A DNA stretch of 64,000 nucleotides from Bilabrum cf. latius (Eukaryota). Below are positions 11,170-24,015 of this stretch, piece after piece. The notes under the pieces were generated by a model that had not been told where the DNA came from, did no database searches, and saw nothing but the letters and a program-made list of their open reading frames with translations. Position numbers and translations under genes: made by a program. Where the stretch lies: positions 744,001 to 808,000 of the forward strand of contig OZ237741.1 in NCBI GenBank assembly GCA_965178125.1, written 5' to 3'. Positions within the stretch are counted from its first letter, which is position 1; every line of letters begins with the position of its first letter.

Positions 11170-14100
11170 ATGTCGGAAAAAAGAAGTGTATTCGATATTG
11201 CGCATGCGGCCTTCTATAATACCCTGAGCGTTGTCAGCAAGGAGGCCGAGGACGCTGGGACGTTCAGCTTCGTAGCAGGAGTGGTTCTCAACACGATGCA
11301 GATCCTGGCATTTCCATTCGGGAGCTCCTCTCCGCTACAAGCAACCGCGCTGGTAGATGCAATGGGCCCGTGAGATTGCCGTATTCGACAAGTGCTGCTT
11401 CTTGAATGGACTCGTCTCGGAGAAGCATCCCATTGAAATCAAACCGATTATGTGCCGACTGCTTCGCTCCATTGACCGTTAAAGCCTAAAGTCGCAAATG
11501 AAAATTGGCATTTATTTAAGTTCGTGTCGCAGATTGCTCCAGGTGCTCACACTCTCCAAGCTGGACGAGCTGCTGTCGCCGATCGCGAATCGAGTGCTCC
11601 TCGCAATTGGCGCCTCGTGGGTTTCCCTCTTCGTCCTGGGGTACTTTGTCGTTTTCATGCAATTTATTTATGAGGTGCCATAGTCCAAGTTTCTGCTTGG
11701 ACTGCTCCGCCGCGTCGGTATGCTCAACGCTTCGGTAAGATATCCAAACGGCATGGTCCTCATCGATAGCTGACCTTCTGGCCTACACATCGCGGCATGC
11801 CCGATTGTTAGAACCCAACACATGCTTGCAGGTCCTGTATCTACCTGTGGCGGGGCTTCTACTGCGCTCAACAAGCTGCGGCCCCGACGACAGGCCGCCG
11901 GCCACCCCCGAAGGACACCTCACCCCGCGCGTGTGGATGGGCACCTCAATGGAATGCGGTGGGAGCCAGCACATGGCTATCGCAGGCATCTGTCTGACAG
12001 TGCTGCTGCTCCTTTCAATCATCTGCCTCACGCTGGTAATGACGGCGGCGCAGCGCTCCCCCGTCTCTCGTTCCTGGCTCGCCAAGGTCTCCGGGCGCTC
12101 CGACGTTGTCTTCGTCCTTGGCAAGCTCATGCTTGCCATTTTTGCAAATACGATTACCGGACCGTCATTCCGAAGTAGTTGGATCTCGCATGTGCCCATC
12201 TTGCTGCTGGCGATGGCATGGTTTGCTGGCAGCCTCATCTACCAGCCCTACCAGCACACCGAGGCCAACGCAGCCGTGGTGGCCGGCTTCTCCACCTTTC
12301 TCTTCGCAGAAATCTGCACGAACGCTGCGTTGGTATGGCCAGACTACGAATGGTCTGCCGCAATTGTCATCGGATGCAGCTTGTCGGCCATTTTGGGATA
12401 CATGGCGTCGACGGCTCGCAACGACTCGATCGTGTAGGGTCGAGTGGACGATGTCAGCACCCCGCATGAGATGCAGATCTGGATTCGGCACCAGCTACAG
12501 GTGGCTGGAGGTATCCGAAATGTGCCTCCCCGAGCGGATTTGCCCCCCGCGGGCTCGGTGTCTTGGGGGGGCGACTCAGACGATGCCATGCTGGTGCCGC
12601 AGGCTTCGCAGTTCTCCGTTCTGGACCCGGGCGCTGGCGCTTTCGCCCCTCAGGCTGGAAGCAGAAAGAAGGGGAGAAAGAATCGACGCACAGCCAAAGT
12701 AGCACCAGCTGACTATGCGCAGGCGCTGCCCCTGTCCGCTCGAAGCAGAGGTTCAGGTGGATACGGAGGGGCGCGGCGAATGGGAGGCACGCTCCTCTCT
12801 ATCGCCGAGCATCACGTTGGTCTTGGCAGCCCTGCCTCATCAACTCCAATCCGGACGGGTGGGAAGCACTAGGATGGCACGCGAGGCCAGTACAGAGGCG
12901 CTAGTACGTGGGCAGGCTCCAGCGTTGGTGGTGCGTCGGTTGACACGCAGCAGAGGCGGGAGGCGCTCCGCCTCGCCCTTGAGGGCACCTCTCGACTGGC
13001 AGAGCTGCACTCCCGCTCTCCTGCCGCCATGATCATGTGCTCCGTTGTGTATCGCGAGTTCTCGTGGGGCACCAAGTACCAGGAAGCGCAGTTCTTGGCC
13101 CGGGCGCTCGCCTCCTCCCCGTAGGTGGACTAGAGCTTCTACGCCCTGGAGCAGATCGAGAGGATTCGGGAGGAGCTGTCGGGACCCAGGGGAGGCAGGA
13201 ACAAGGGGTAGGGTGGGGGCGCTTCCATGGCCTCGGGCGTACCCGCGCAGAATGTTGCACGCCTCACAGCCATCGATCGAGTCCTGGTGGAGCAAAAGCA
13301 GAGGGAGGTGGCATCCCTCCAGGTTGAGGCCAAGCGAGCGGCTGTGGCGCTATGGGACGTTGTGGGCGATCACAGCCCAGACCTGGCAAGGCTGCAGGCT
13401 GCAAGCTCGGACACCACGGGGGCAGATCAGCGGCTGCGGGACCTGTTTGAGGAGCTGCTGGAGCTGCAGCCTACCTCCTCAAGCATGCTACGGCAGTATG
13501 CGGGCTACCTGTAGTCTTCTGGCAGGGCGGCCGACCAGCGGGTGCAGGATCTATTGAGCAAAGCGGACCGGCTGGACGAGTCTTCTTCTCACAGGATCCA
13601 CAAGGTGGAGCGCGCTTTTGTTTTCGGGTAGAGGCTGCCAGAGGCGCTGCAGAGCGTGGCAGACGATACGACAGCTGTGGCCACGCTGTCCGGTGACGTG
13701 GCGTAGTGGGGCGAGATCGTGAGTGCCTCGCAATCATTCTGCACCCTGCTTGGGGTGCAGCCGCACATGCTGGTGGGACACCCTTCTTCCAACCTCCTAC
13801 CCTCCCCACTGGACGAGATAGAGGGTGGGGTGCTGGCGGGGGTGGTGCGCGTAGAACTGGATTAGATTGCGTTGGCAGCGGATGTAGACAAAGGACTGGC
13901 ATGGCAGAGGAGTGGGGATGGTGATGGGGAGGCGCAGGGTCTGATGGTAGAAGGAGGAGCCGCTCCCAGAAGCGGTGGTCGTCTGTCTGTTTACAGGGGG
14001 GTTGGTAGAGGCAATAGCCTAGCAAGCCGCATCATGGGGCCTCGGTACGGCATGGTGATGCGCGCAGGAGGTGACATTCTCCCCGTTCGGATGCAGCTGT

Positions 14101-17100
14101 CAGAAGCTCCTCCCCAGCCCAGGACGGGCGCTCCCCGCTTTGCTCTGGTCGTGGAGAAGTGCATGACGACAGAGGCGCTCGTGCTGGTAGACGAAGCCTC
14201 GGGAAGGGTGAGGTCGGGGACTGCAGGGGCACTGGACGCTATGGGAGTATCACCTCTCTAGCTGCGAAGCGAAACATGTCGGATCCAAGACGTTATTAAG
14301 TGCTTCTAGCGGGTCGAGAGGCGAGCAGGTGCGGCTTAGGTAGCATTGTACGGGATGCACGGAAGGGAGGTGGGACTTGGGTCTTCAGGAATGGTGCGAC
14401 TAACGCTGCCACAGCTTCGGTAGGCAATGGAGCTGGCCAGTGGTTGGCCTGTCTATGGGGGCGATACGGCGAGGATGGTGGGCAGTCAAGGCAGACATGA
14501 GACCCAAGTGAGGTATGATCGAGATACTGAGGGAATGAACGCCATCGACTAGTCCGAGGAGGGCCACAGCACTGCCGACTCGCAGGCAAGCAATAGCAGC
14601 AGCAACAGCAGGAGCAGCAGCGAGGGCCAAGTCCAGAAGTCAAAAACTCGCGCTGTCCGTAGTACTCCAAGCCTTGCACGGAAGCTAAAGCAGTCTAAGC
14701 GCAAGTTTTAGAGTGGGTCAATTGATGCCTCTCGAGACAAGAAGGCAGCAAAGAAGGGGCGCGTGCTACCTCGCCTGGCGACCAGAATTTTTGGTGGCTA
14801 CAGAGGCGGGCAAGGCCTAGCTAGGATCGCGTCCCGGGCGTCCAGTGTGAGCGGCCTATCATCATCCCAGCCGGCAGTTGAGATCGACACTCCTAGGAGC
14901 ATGCTGAGCATGGTGGGTATGTGCGGGGTTGTGGTGATGGACATGGCCAGCAGTCGAGAACTGGTGCTGATGAGGGTGCAGAGGTGCAGGAGGCATGGAG
15001 TCGGGTTTGTTTTGGTCGGGTGGACCGTGTTGGATCCGCCACTGGACCATGTCGTTGACCTCTAGGCGACTCGCAGTGGCACTCTGAGTGACGCAGGGGC
15101 GAGCGTATCCAACGATGATGCTTCTAGCGTTGATAGAGCTCGTGCTGACAAGGCTGTCAACGCAAGATAGGTTCAAGGGGCGCCAAAGATCGTAGGATCA
15201 GCACCTCCAGTGACTGCTGCAGTTTCGTCGAGAGCAGGCGTTGTTCCAGCCCGAAGCGACAGCACCCCAGCAGGAGCATTGCCAAGTCATATTGAGCCTG
15301 AGGGTCCAATTGACAGTCACCATAGTGATCAATAGGGTCTTCATGAGGTAAGGCAGAGCCATGAGCGCCCCTCCTCTGGTAGCAGCGACCTTTTGAGAGG
15401 CCTTGGTGAGGCTGCATCCACTTCCCCTCATAGGCAAGGACGCAGCCGAAGCTCCAGCATTGCCCTCGACCCGAAGGGACTGGACCCGGCGGCGTCACTC
15501 CCTACGGCTGCCCTGTTGCAAAATGTAGATTCATCGAGCGATGTATCACCGACTGACGAAGGTGCCACAGCAGCTTCGGCAGCACCAGCGCCAGGGCATG
15601 ATGCCACCCAAGGGTCGACTATTGCAGCGGAAGGCTCCTCCCGGGCGTCTTCTACAGCTTTGTTGGGGCAGCAAACACCTAAAGGTGGTCAGACACGGGA
15701 GCGGTTGCGGGTCGGGTCGCAACCAAGGAATGCAAGGAGCAAGCAGCCGCTGAGCTCCCGCCATGATTCATCATTCAACTCCATGTCAGGGTCGCAAAGA
15801 GGGTCAAGGCAGTCTATGGGTGGAGTTTGGGGTAGAAATGCGGCCAAACAAGCGGCGAAGAACCAGATTGGGGGAAAGAGTCGCAGTAGAGGCGTCGGAG
15901 GTCGGACAGAGCGAGAGGAACGCGGAAGGAGCGGGATCCAGCGGCATGACACCGGCAGATCGAAGGCCACCACCATGGGAGGTGGAGGCTCCGTGACGGA
16001 AAGCGGGTCTGTCAACAGCAGCGGGTCTGCCAACTCGGCAAGCCACATGCTAGGAGAGGCTCTGAAGCTCACCACGGCAGCAGATGAGGTAGAAGTGCGC
16101 ATCGTGAGACGCACAACTCTGGGGCTGGCTCTGGCCATCATTGCCATGACAGTCGTGATGGCCCTATTGGTGGACGGGGGAACCCGGAGATTGCAGCGAC
16201 TGAGCCATTTGACTTATCTGTCTGGTCAGAGAGGTGTTCTGTACGAAGCAGCCACTGCCTGGATCGAAGCAGCCGTCATCGTGAACCAGCACCAGGAGCT
16301 TAACATGTCCCTGGCAGATGCCCAGAGCATGCTGGGCTCCGTGCCATTCCTCTAGCAGCAGATGCGGAGGGATGCGCAGCGCTTTCAGGACACCCATGAG
16401 GCTCTCTACAGTGACACGATGCCCGAGGCAGCAGCAGCGCGAGCATGGTCTTCGGAGGTGCCACACGTCTTCGTCGAATTGCGACTTGAGGATGTGTAGC
16501 CATATTATTACGGGGCTTACGGTGAGTCCGTGGGGGATGTTGTAGAAATACTGATAAAGAAAGGGATTGTGCAAGCGCCGGGGGAAGAAGACCTCCCCGA
16601 CCTGCCGGACCGATTGCTGGCTGGAGACGTGTCAGCCAAGCTGAGAAGCAACTACAGGCTGGCGCAGCAGGTAGAGGCCGTCGCTCCTGAGATCCAGTTC
16701 CAGCCCATGCCTCTGACGGAGATGGCAGAACACACGAGCAACACCATCGCCCGTATCGCCGCTATGGACCCCTCCATGATCCGCAGGGGCTAGAGGGAGG
16801 TGGAGGACTACTTCTCGAACGAGGATGCCATGTCTGGGGCAACCACGGCTGCAACGGCACTGTACGAAGTGGCTTTCCTTGAGCAGTTTCAGGTGCTGCA
16901 AAGGCAGGTATTGTACTCTGGCCTTGCGTTCATTGGTGCGACCATTTTGCTGTGCGGGTTGTTTTTTACGTATTCCGTCAGGTCTCTGGGGTACCGAACT
17001 TGGCTGTTGCTGCGGGCGGTGCTGATGGTGCCTCGCAAGATCGCAAGGATCATTCGGCAAGAGGCGCAAAAGGACTTAGACCAGCTGCTGGAAGAGTCGC

Positions 17101-18719
17101 AGGGCAATGAAGCGGAAGCGGCGATGGTGCTGGAGGGGAGGGCGCAGGAGCTGCTGGCCGTGCAGCCAGGCAGCGGTTTTGCCATTCGAGGAACCGCGGG
17201 TGCGGCCAGTGACGGCAAGGCAGGGAGCGATGAAGCGGAAACCGGCAAGCAAGCGAAAGTAGATGAACGTGAAACGGTAGTGGTGAGAGTCGGCGGCACA
17301 GCTGTCGGTGGAGTGAACGAAGCAGTCGGTGTTTCTGTGGACAAGACGGATGCCGCAGCTGGCAGCAAGTCGGCAACTGACGGGCAAGATGCTGGAGCGC
17401 TTCTTGGAGATGACCTTGAAACCAAAAATGCTACCAAAGGTCTTGGTCGCAAGAGGCGTGATAGCAATGGCTCTGACTCTGCGGGTGTCGAGTCGGGTGA
17501 ACCTAATCCGCATGACCGCTTCGGTCGGGTGATGAGCGGCGAGGCCGAGTTTGCTGCTCTGCTCGAGGAAGGGCTCACGATGGGATAGAAGGTACGTCGT
17601 GAAGCGAGGAAGATTGCCATTGCAGCGGCAAGGAGGGCAAGAAAGGGAGGAGTTGGAGGCACGAGTGTTTGGGCAAGGTCGTACGGCGATTCCAGCCAAT
17701 TCCAGATGGTTAGCCTGAGCGTGCTCATGAGTCCAGTGCTTCTGATAGGGGCATGGATCGCATTCATTGTGCTCGAGCAGCTATCCATTAACGAGCAAGC
17801 CAAGCAAGGCACGGTCAGGATGGGTCTAGTTGAGGATACGTAGCGAATACTGGCCGACTTCGTGGTGGATGTGGCCCACCTGAGCGCCCAGTCCAACGAG
17901 CTCTTCAGGGATGACACCGCGGGCAAGACAAAGAAAAGCGAGCTATAGACGCTAGATCTTGTCAATCCCTTGGTATTTGGCGGGGATGTGAACGCTGGGA
18001 CAGAAACAGTTGCCCTAAGTCGCGTCGGAGAAGGCACGTACGAAGAGGGCCTGCTCCTGTTGGACGCGTGCTCACCGTTCACGGACCTGTCGCTCGAGGA
18101 ACTACGGTCATCTGTAGGCACACCCAACTCGACCGCAGACGACATGGCAAGGCTGCACGCAGCTTGTACGTCAGTTGACAACGGCATCATGCAGGAGGGC
18201 GCCTACGGGGCCATCCTGTCCATCGTCACTGACGCTCGCAGGCTGGAGATCGACAGGCCCCGACCTGACAGCAACACGACCATCTTCACTCCGGAACGAA
18301 TTGCCCTGCACACACACATGTCCGTTCTCGAGGCCCCCTACATCCGGCTTGCACTTAAGTAGACCAGCGAGGCCGTGGGAAACAGCTTGTCTTCGCTGAT
18401 TGAGAGCGGCAGGAGAGTGCAGCTCATCATTTCCATCGTGTTTGCCTGTTCGTTTGCCATAGTTGCGATTATGACAGATGGAGCAATCCAGAAAATGCTG
18501 GCGGGACCCCTGCAATCTGCTCGGGCGCTCCTGGCGACCATGCCTGGGGAGGTAGTGATGTCGCTGCCCCCTCTGCGGATGGTGATACGGGCGCTGTCAA
18601 CCGAGGTGCAGCTGCTTGGCAAGGGCAGGGACGCGTCATCGTTCCAGAAGGAGCTGGAAAATATCGTGACTGATTCCGGTAGGGGTGGACAGCAGCTGAC
18701 AGGCTTCGAGTAGGACTGA
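11170..18719 (+). CDS. Giant multi-pass membrane PAS-domain protein (TmcB/TmcC-like architecture), about 2430 aa; exons 11170-11369, 11533-11734, 11832-18719
   Basis: N-terminal TM cluster, TPR-like helices (LFEELLELQPTSSSMLRQYAGYL), PAS-like segment (GEIVSASQSFCTLLGVQPHMLVGHPSSNLLP), C-terminal TM pairs. The 6.9-kb exon is open except for about 26 TAG; ends TAG-GAC-TGA. Confidence 0.8.
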
Positions 18720-18766
18720 TCAACGTAGATAGTGTGCAAGAGCCAGAGCAGCAAAGCAAAGTCTAC

Positions 18767-18829
18767 GGCTAGTCCTTGCGCGGGGCATCCGCGACGAGAA
18801 CGGCAAGTTGCGGGAGCTGATCGCGTGAT
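18767..18829 (+). repeat. Diverged copy of the aspartic protease 3' end (10058-10120)
   Basis: Ungapped 55/63-nt match; LVLARGIRDENGKLRELIA* versus LALAQGIRDESGKVRELIA*. Confidence 0.9.
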
Positions 18830-19795
18830 TTCTTGGTCTATCTATCGTTGAGACTGGCATGCCTGAGTATGTGCGGATCGGATGATGATTGGGCGGGAGA
18901 TATAGGGACTAAAAAGAAAAATTCCTGCCCCCGGTCCCGCGGACCCACTGGGCTTCACCCCGAACGACTGGTTCTTCACCGGTCCACCTGAATGCGGTAT
19001 TCATCTGACACTACGAATGTACACGCCACTTTCCCCATGCACCCGACTGGCCTCGTCGCCACATGGCTTCCTGTTCCTGTTCCCCGCCCTAGGGACCGTG
19101 TGCTTTGCTCCCTGCATTGCCACCTTGGCCCTATCCTTTCAGCTTGCACGCGCCGGTCCTGGCCGACCTGCCGTGCGCCCCATCTGTCCACCCACCTGTT
19201 GGCTCTCTGCGTGCTGCTGGCCATGCAGTCCGCTGCCACCCGCGTCTCCCTCGTTCCTTGCACCTGGAGCCCCCATTCCTCCCGTTGTGTTCTCCCTGTT
19301 GACACCGCACTGTCGTCGCCTGTGCCGGTGCCCCCCTCTTCTTCTCCACCTCCTGTCCTCCTGCGCCCACCTCGTCTTCCGTTTCACCTCTGCTCCCCGT
19401 TGCTTCACTCCTGATGTCCGAGTACATATAACAGGAATGGGCGCGGAGGTTGTGTGCTGCCACCAGGTGTGCACAGCAGGCTGGTGAGCCCGACAGTTAA
19501 GCCACCGGATATCAAGGTGGGTAGAGTTAATTTCAGATCGTCGCACTGGACAAAGATTGATAGTTAATAGCATGTTTTCACCTTCCACCACACCAACTCC
19601 TGCGACCAGCGCTGGTGACTCAATATCCGACCATTGATTCCTAGAAACGGACATTCGCGGAGCCCGAGGTACCATGTGTGCATTGTGGTGACCCACAGTA
19701 GCTTATCCGCCCCGCTAGAGATACTAGATATGATTAAGAGGCTACTTGCAAACATGTTGCCAACCAGGCCGAGAAAATACGATTGCCCCTTGCCG

Positions 19796-22700
19796 TCAAT
19801 CTTCAAAATCGCCACCCCGCATCTGAGTCCAGCCCTTTGGCAGCTTGGCGGAGGCAAGCGCAACCGAAGGCCGGAAGAAGAGGGATGACGCAGCCTGTAA
19901 TAAGCTCGGCCGAGCGTCTGGGTCCCATGCGAGCAGTCCAAACAGGAGCTCGCGCGCCCCTGGTGCGGCCCGCATCCTCGCCCTGGCCCTCGCGATCAGC
20001 TCGTGGCTCCCGCCCCCAAGCCCGAATGCAGCCGCCTCTGCCTCGTACTGAGCCATTGCCTCCTGCATCGAAGCATCTCCTTCGCCAAGTACCCCTGCCC
20101 CGGTGGCCCTCTGCAGCAGGCGCACGATCTTGCCAGCCTGTCCGTGGCATGCTAGCCCGCCCTCCCCTTGAGGAGGTCCTAGCAGCACAACGTACCGCCA
20201 CAGCGTATCTGCAAGGACTCCGTCTTCGTCGCTGCGATCTGCCGTCCACACGACGGAGTAGGATCCACACTTGCTAGGGTCCCTCCCCCTTCGCTTTCCG
20301 TGCTTCCACACTTGCTCCAGCCCCGCACGCACCGCATCGGGGCACAGCACGTCTTCCATGATCTCCTCGTACGGCATCCCGCCTGTAAGAACGTGGAGAA
20401 AGCACAGACCCAGCTGCCACGTGTCCAGGGCATACCCCTGCCTAGCCGCGTCCCCCTGGATCATGAGCTCGGGAGCAGAGTTCTCGAATGTCGTGAACTG
20501 AGCCACCGTGACTGGGGCACCCAGCGTGCCAGGGGACCAGTCGGCAGTCCCGAAATCGGCCATCTTCACCACCCAGCCGTCCTGCGGCACGTCCACAGCC
20601 AGCTGCTGGCCGTCTTTTGTACCGTACGTGAGCCTGACATTCGCGCCGCTCCCCTTCTTCCCTCCCTTGCCTCCGCCGCTGGTGGTGCCCGCGGTCGGCA
20701 CGTCTAGCTGCGAAGTTCGCGCGAGAAGAAAGTTGAGCAACTTGATGTCGTAGTGCCGCAGCTTGAGCCTCTGCCGCGCCACTGCAGCGGAGGCCAGCAT
20801 CTGCAGCATCAAGTCCCGCGCTTGCGCCGCCCCGGCGGCTGGGTCCTCGATTGTAGGGTGCCTCCCACCTCCCGCAGCGAGTTTGCTTCTTGCAGCCGGG
20901 CTCTCCACGCCAGCGTCCTCCTGCTCGCGCAGCAGCTCCTCGATGTCACCGCCCTCGCACAGCTCCATGCGCAGCATCTGCCAGACTCGACCACGGCAAA
21001 ACGATCGCGCCGTCTGTACCTTGTCGCCGCACATGCCCGATTCATCCGCACTTGCCGCGCTGTTCTTAGACCCAGCAGTGCCGGGGTCTGCAGCAACTGC
21101 ATCCGATGGAGTCCTGGAGGCAGCCACGGCCCTCGTCGCCACCCTCCTCCTGGTCCTGCTCGCAGCCTTCACCGTGTCGATGCCTGCCAGCAGGGTCGGG
21201 TCCTTGCCCTGAGCCTGCAGCCTGCGCGTCATGGCACGAGTCATCCTGCGAGCTGGGAGAGCCTTGGGGGCGCGGGCCTCTGCATCGGCCTTGGCGCCTG
21301 CTCGAGTAGTGACGGGGCGCGGGAGCGCTGGCGGGCGCTTGGGCTTCGGTTGTGCTGCAGCACCGCTCGCAGTGGCACTGCTGTTGCACGTCGCGCCAGC
21401 GGTTTGCCTGGCCATCTTCTCGCCGATCCATTGTTTGTACCTCTTGAGCAGCTGCTGCCAAAGCGGCGGTCGTAGGGCTCCCAGAGGCGCCCTGCACTCG
21501 CTTGTGCCCCAAGTGTCCCCTGGTGCACCGTGCCCCATCATAGCAATCTGCTTGACCTGCACGAAGTGGGGGCACGCTCCCGATCGTACGAGCTGCGAGA
21601 CAAGGTTGGAGCACCGAATCTCCGCCCTCACGACGTCCCACTGGCCAGACTCGGCAATCAGGCTGGCATCCATGAAAGCCACAGCCTCTTCCTGCTCACT
21701 GGGAGCATGCAGCACCCGATACACCTGCTTGTAAGCACCCTCCGAAAGAAATCGCCCCCAGGGAAAGTTCACGCGGAAGTCGTCCATCTTGCTCAATACG
21801 GGCACACACAGCGCGAGCCCATCGGCAACGGATCCCTCGGCGTACTCCAGCTGGGTGGCGGCGGCTTGCATCGCAGCTGTAGGGGATGCCATCTGCTTCA
21901 AGGCTTCCTGGTCGTCCATTCCCACGCCACTGCTCTCCTCCCCAGCCACCCCCTCGCACTCATCCTGCTGCTCGCCGTCCTCCAGGTCAGGGTCCTCGAA
22001 GCAGACCGCCTCGGCCGCTCTCCAGCCGTACACGCTCGCAGAGATGCTTCGCCAGGTTCGCGATACCCGGGGCAAGAGGTGCAGCAGTTCGTGCGCCCCC
22101 GCAAACTCCAACACCGCAGTGAGCGCATCCTCGGGGATCGAGAGAACACCGCCCGGGGCCGGAGCATGTGGACCAGCTTGAGCTCCAGCATCACTCCAAT
22201 CAACCAATTCAGTGCCAACGCCAGCCCCTGAAGATGGATCAGCAGCAGCCATCACAGCAGCGTGGGAACCTGCCTGTGGGAGCCCCTCCTCGTCCAGTCT
22301 GTCGGCTGCACCACCGTACTGGTGCTGCTGCTCACCCTCGAAGCGCGCGATGGCTGCAGCCCTCTGCTCTGCAGTCATTCCTCGCAACAGTCCGGCTGCG
22401 CTGTGCCCGCGCAGGTGCTGAGGCATCACGCTTGACCTCCTAAGCAGCTGAATGTCTGCCCTGCTGGTCGTCCACCTGGACTGGGAGGAAAGGGACAGCC
22501 CCTGCAGCGCCTGCGAAATCAGCTCGCCGCTCGACTGAGACGAGTCCGTCTGAATCGACAGCTGGCTGCCTGCGGACGCCTGCGATGCGTGTGACGAGTG
22601 CGATGCCTCCGACCGCACTGATGCTCCCCCAGGACTGCTCGCCGCAGACACTGGCAGAGGCAAGGCCGCACCGGATCCTGGACTGCCGGCGGCAGCAGCA

Positions 22701-23878
22701 GCACGCTGGGCGGCTGCACCTGCGGCAGGCAGCGCCACGGCAGCATCAAATTCAATGTCTTCCCCATGCTCTCTGCTGGAGCCTGCTGCACCCCTCATCT
22801 AAGACTCGCACCCGCTGGTTCCCGAGCCCGACCCCGAGCCCGAGCCCGCACCGGCACCGGCACCGGCGCCTGCCCTGCCTCTAGCCGACTGGCGCATGGC
22901 AAGGATGCCTTCCCTGCCCACCGCCGGACGGCTCTGGCCCCCGTGAGAAAATCCGCCGATTGCATGACTCATGGCTCCCTTCCCGGTGACTCGTCCCCCC
23001 GCCCTTCCTTGTCTCCCCTTTGTGAGCAGTGCCTGCGCCAGCAAATCGGATGCGCCGCCCACCGAGACCCTGCCCTTCTTCTTCTGCTGGCGCCGCTTGG
23101 ACTGCCCCTGCAGCGCCTGGGCGAGGCACCACTTCATGAGGGGCTGCCGTTTCTTCCTATCTTTCCTGGATCGTGCAGCCCGGGGCGGCCTGCTGTGACT
23201 ACCACCGTGCTGCTGCCCCAATGCTTCATGCTTTTCTGGACTGGCTGCAACGTTCGGACGCCCGCCCACGAACACGCGAGAGCGTCTCGGGTGGCCGGCG
23301 CTGCCACCGCTTCTGCCTCCACTGGCGATCGGGGTCCCTCGCATACTCGGGCCGCTGATATCGCTCGCCCCGGAGCAGTTGCTCGCACCAGACACGGGCG
23401 TGTCAATGCGGTCCATCGAATCGTGCGTGTCGGGCGTGTCCGGTGTTCCCAATGCCGCAATCGCCTTTGATCTCGCCTGGCGTTTGTGTCCGTGCAACTT
23501 AATAAAGCTTGCAATGATACCTTTTTGCTTGCCCAATGTCATTTCTGGCGTGCCATGCGATGCACTTGGATCTGGACTAGGCCGACCCGTCCCGCGACCT
23601 TCGTCGAGCCAAGTCCTTTGGCTTCTCTGCCGCCCAATCTAATAACGCGAGGCATTATCATCACTATCGTTGGGAATATCACTAGATTCTACCGCAGATG
23701 CCTTTCTCGCTGCCGTACGCGAGCTCGCCTCCGGCCTTCGACTCGAGGGCGGCACGGCACCGAATACACGACTTCTAGCTCTCCCACCCACTCCAACGCG
23801 AGTAGATGCGGCGTATTTTGACTGAAATCGCTAGACTGGTGCCTTTTTGGCCTCTGGACTCCCGTCAAGCCAGTCCAT
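19796..23878 (-). CDS. Ser/Thr protein kinase with an F-box-like motif and long disordered N-terminus, about 1360 aa
   Basis: FLSEGAYKQVY, HYDIKLLNFL, MADFG, ENSAPE, DTWQLG; F-box-like LSIPEDALTAVLEF..LPRVSRTW. Frame extends through 3 TAG to the ATG at 23878; ends TGA. Confidence 0.85.
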
Positions 23879-24015
23879 CGTGCTAAAGTAGACCCATCAA
23901 CGGCTCGGAAGCACCACGCGAAGTCCACTGGTCACACCCCAGTTGCCGTTGCAGAATTGTTTCAGGTACCAAATACTGCCTGCATCGTCAGTAGAAAGGT
24001 ATCAAATACCAAATA

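Noticed and set aside
11832-18719. TAGs removed by tiny in-frame introns
   Set aside because: There is no consistent GT donor near the TAGs, motif spacing needs exactly one residue at the site, and real introns here are at least 84 nt and end in CAG.
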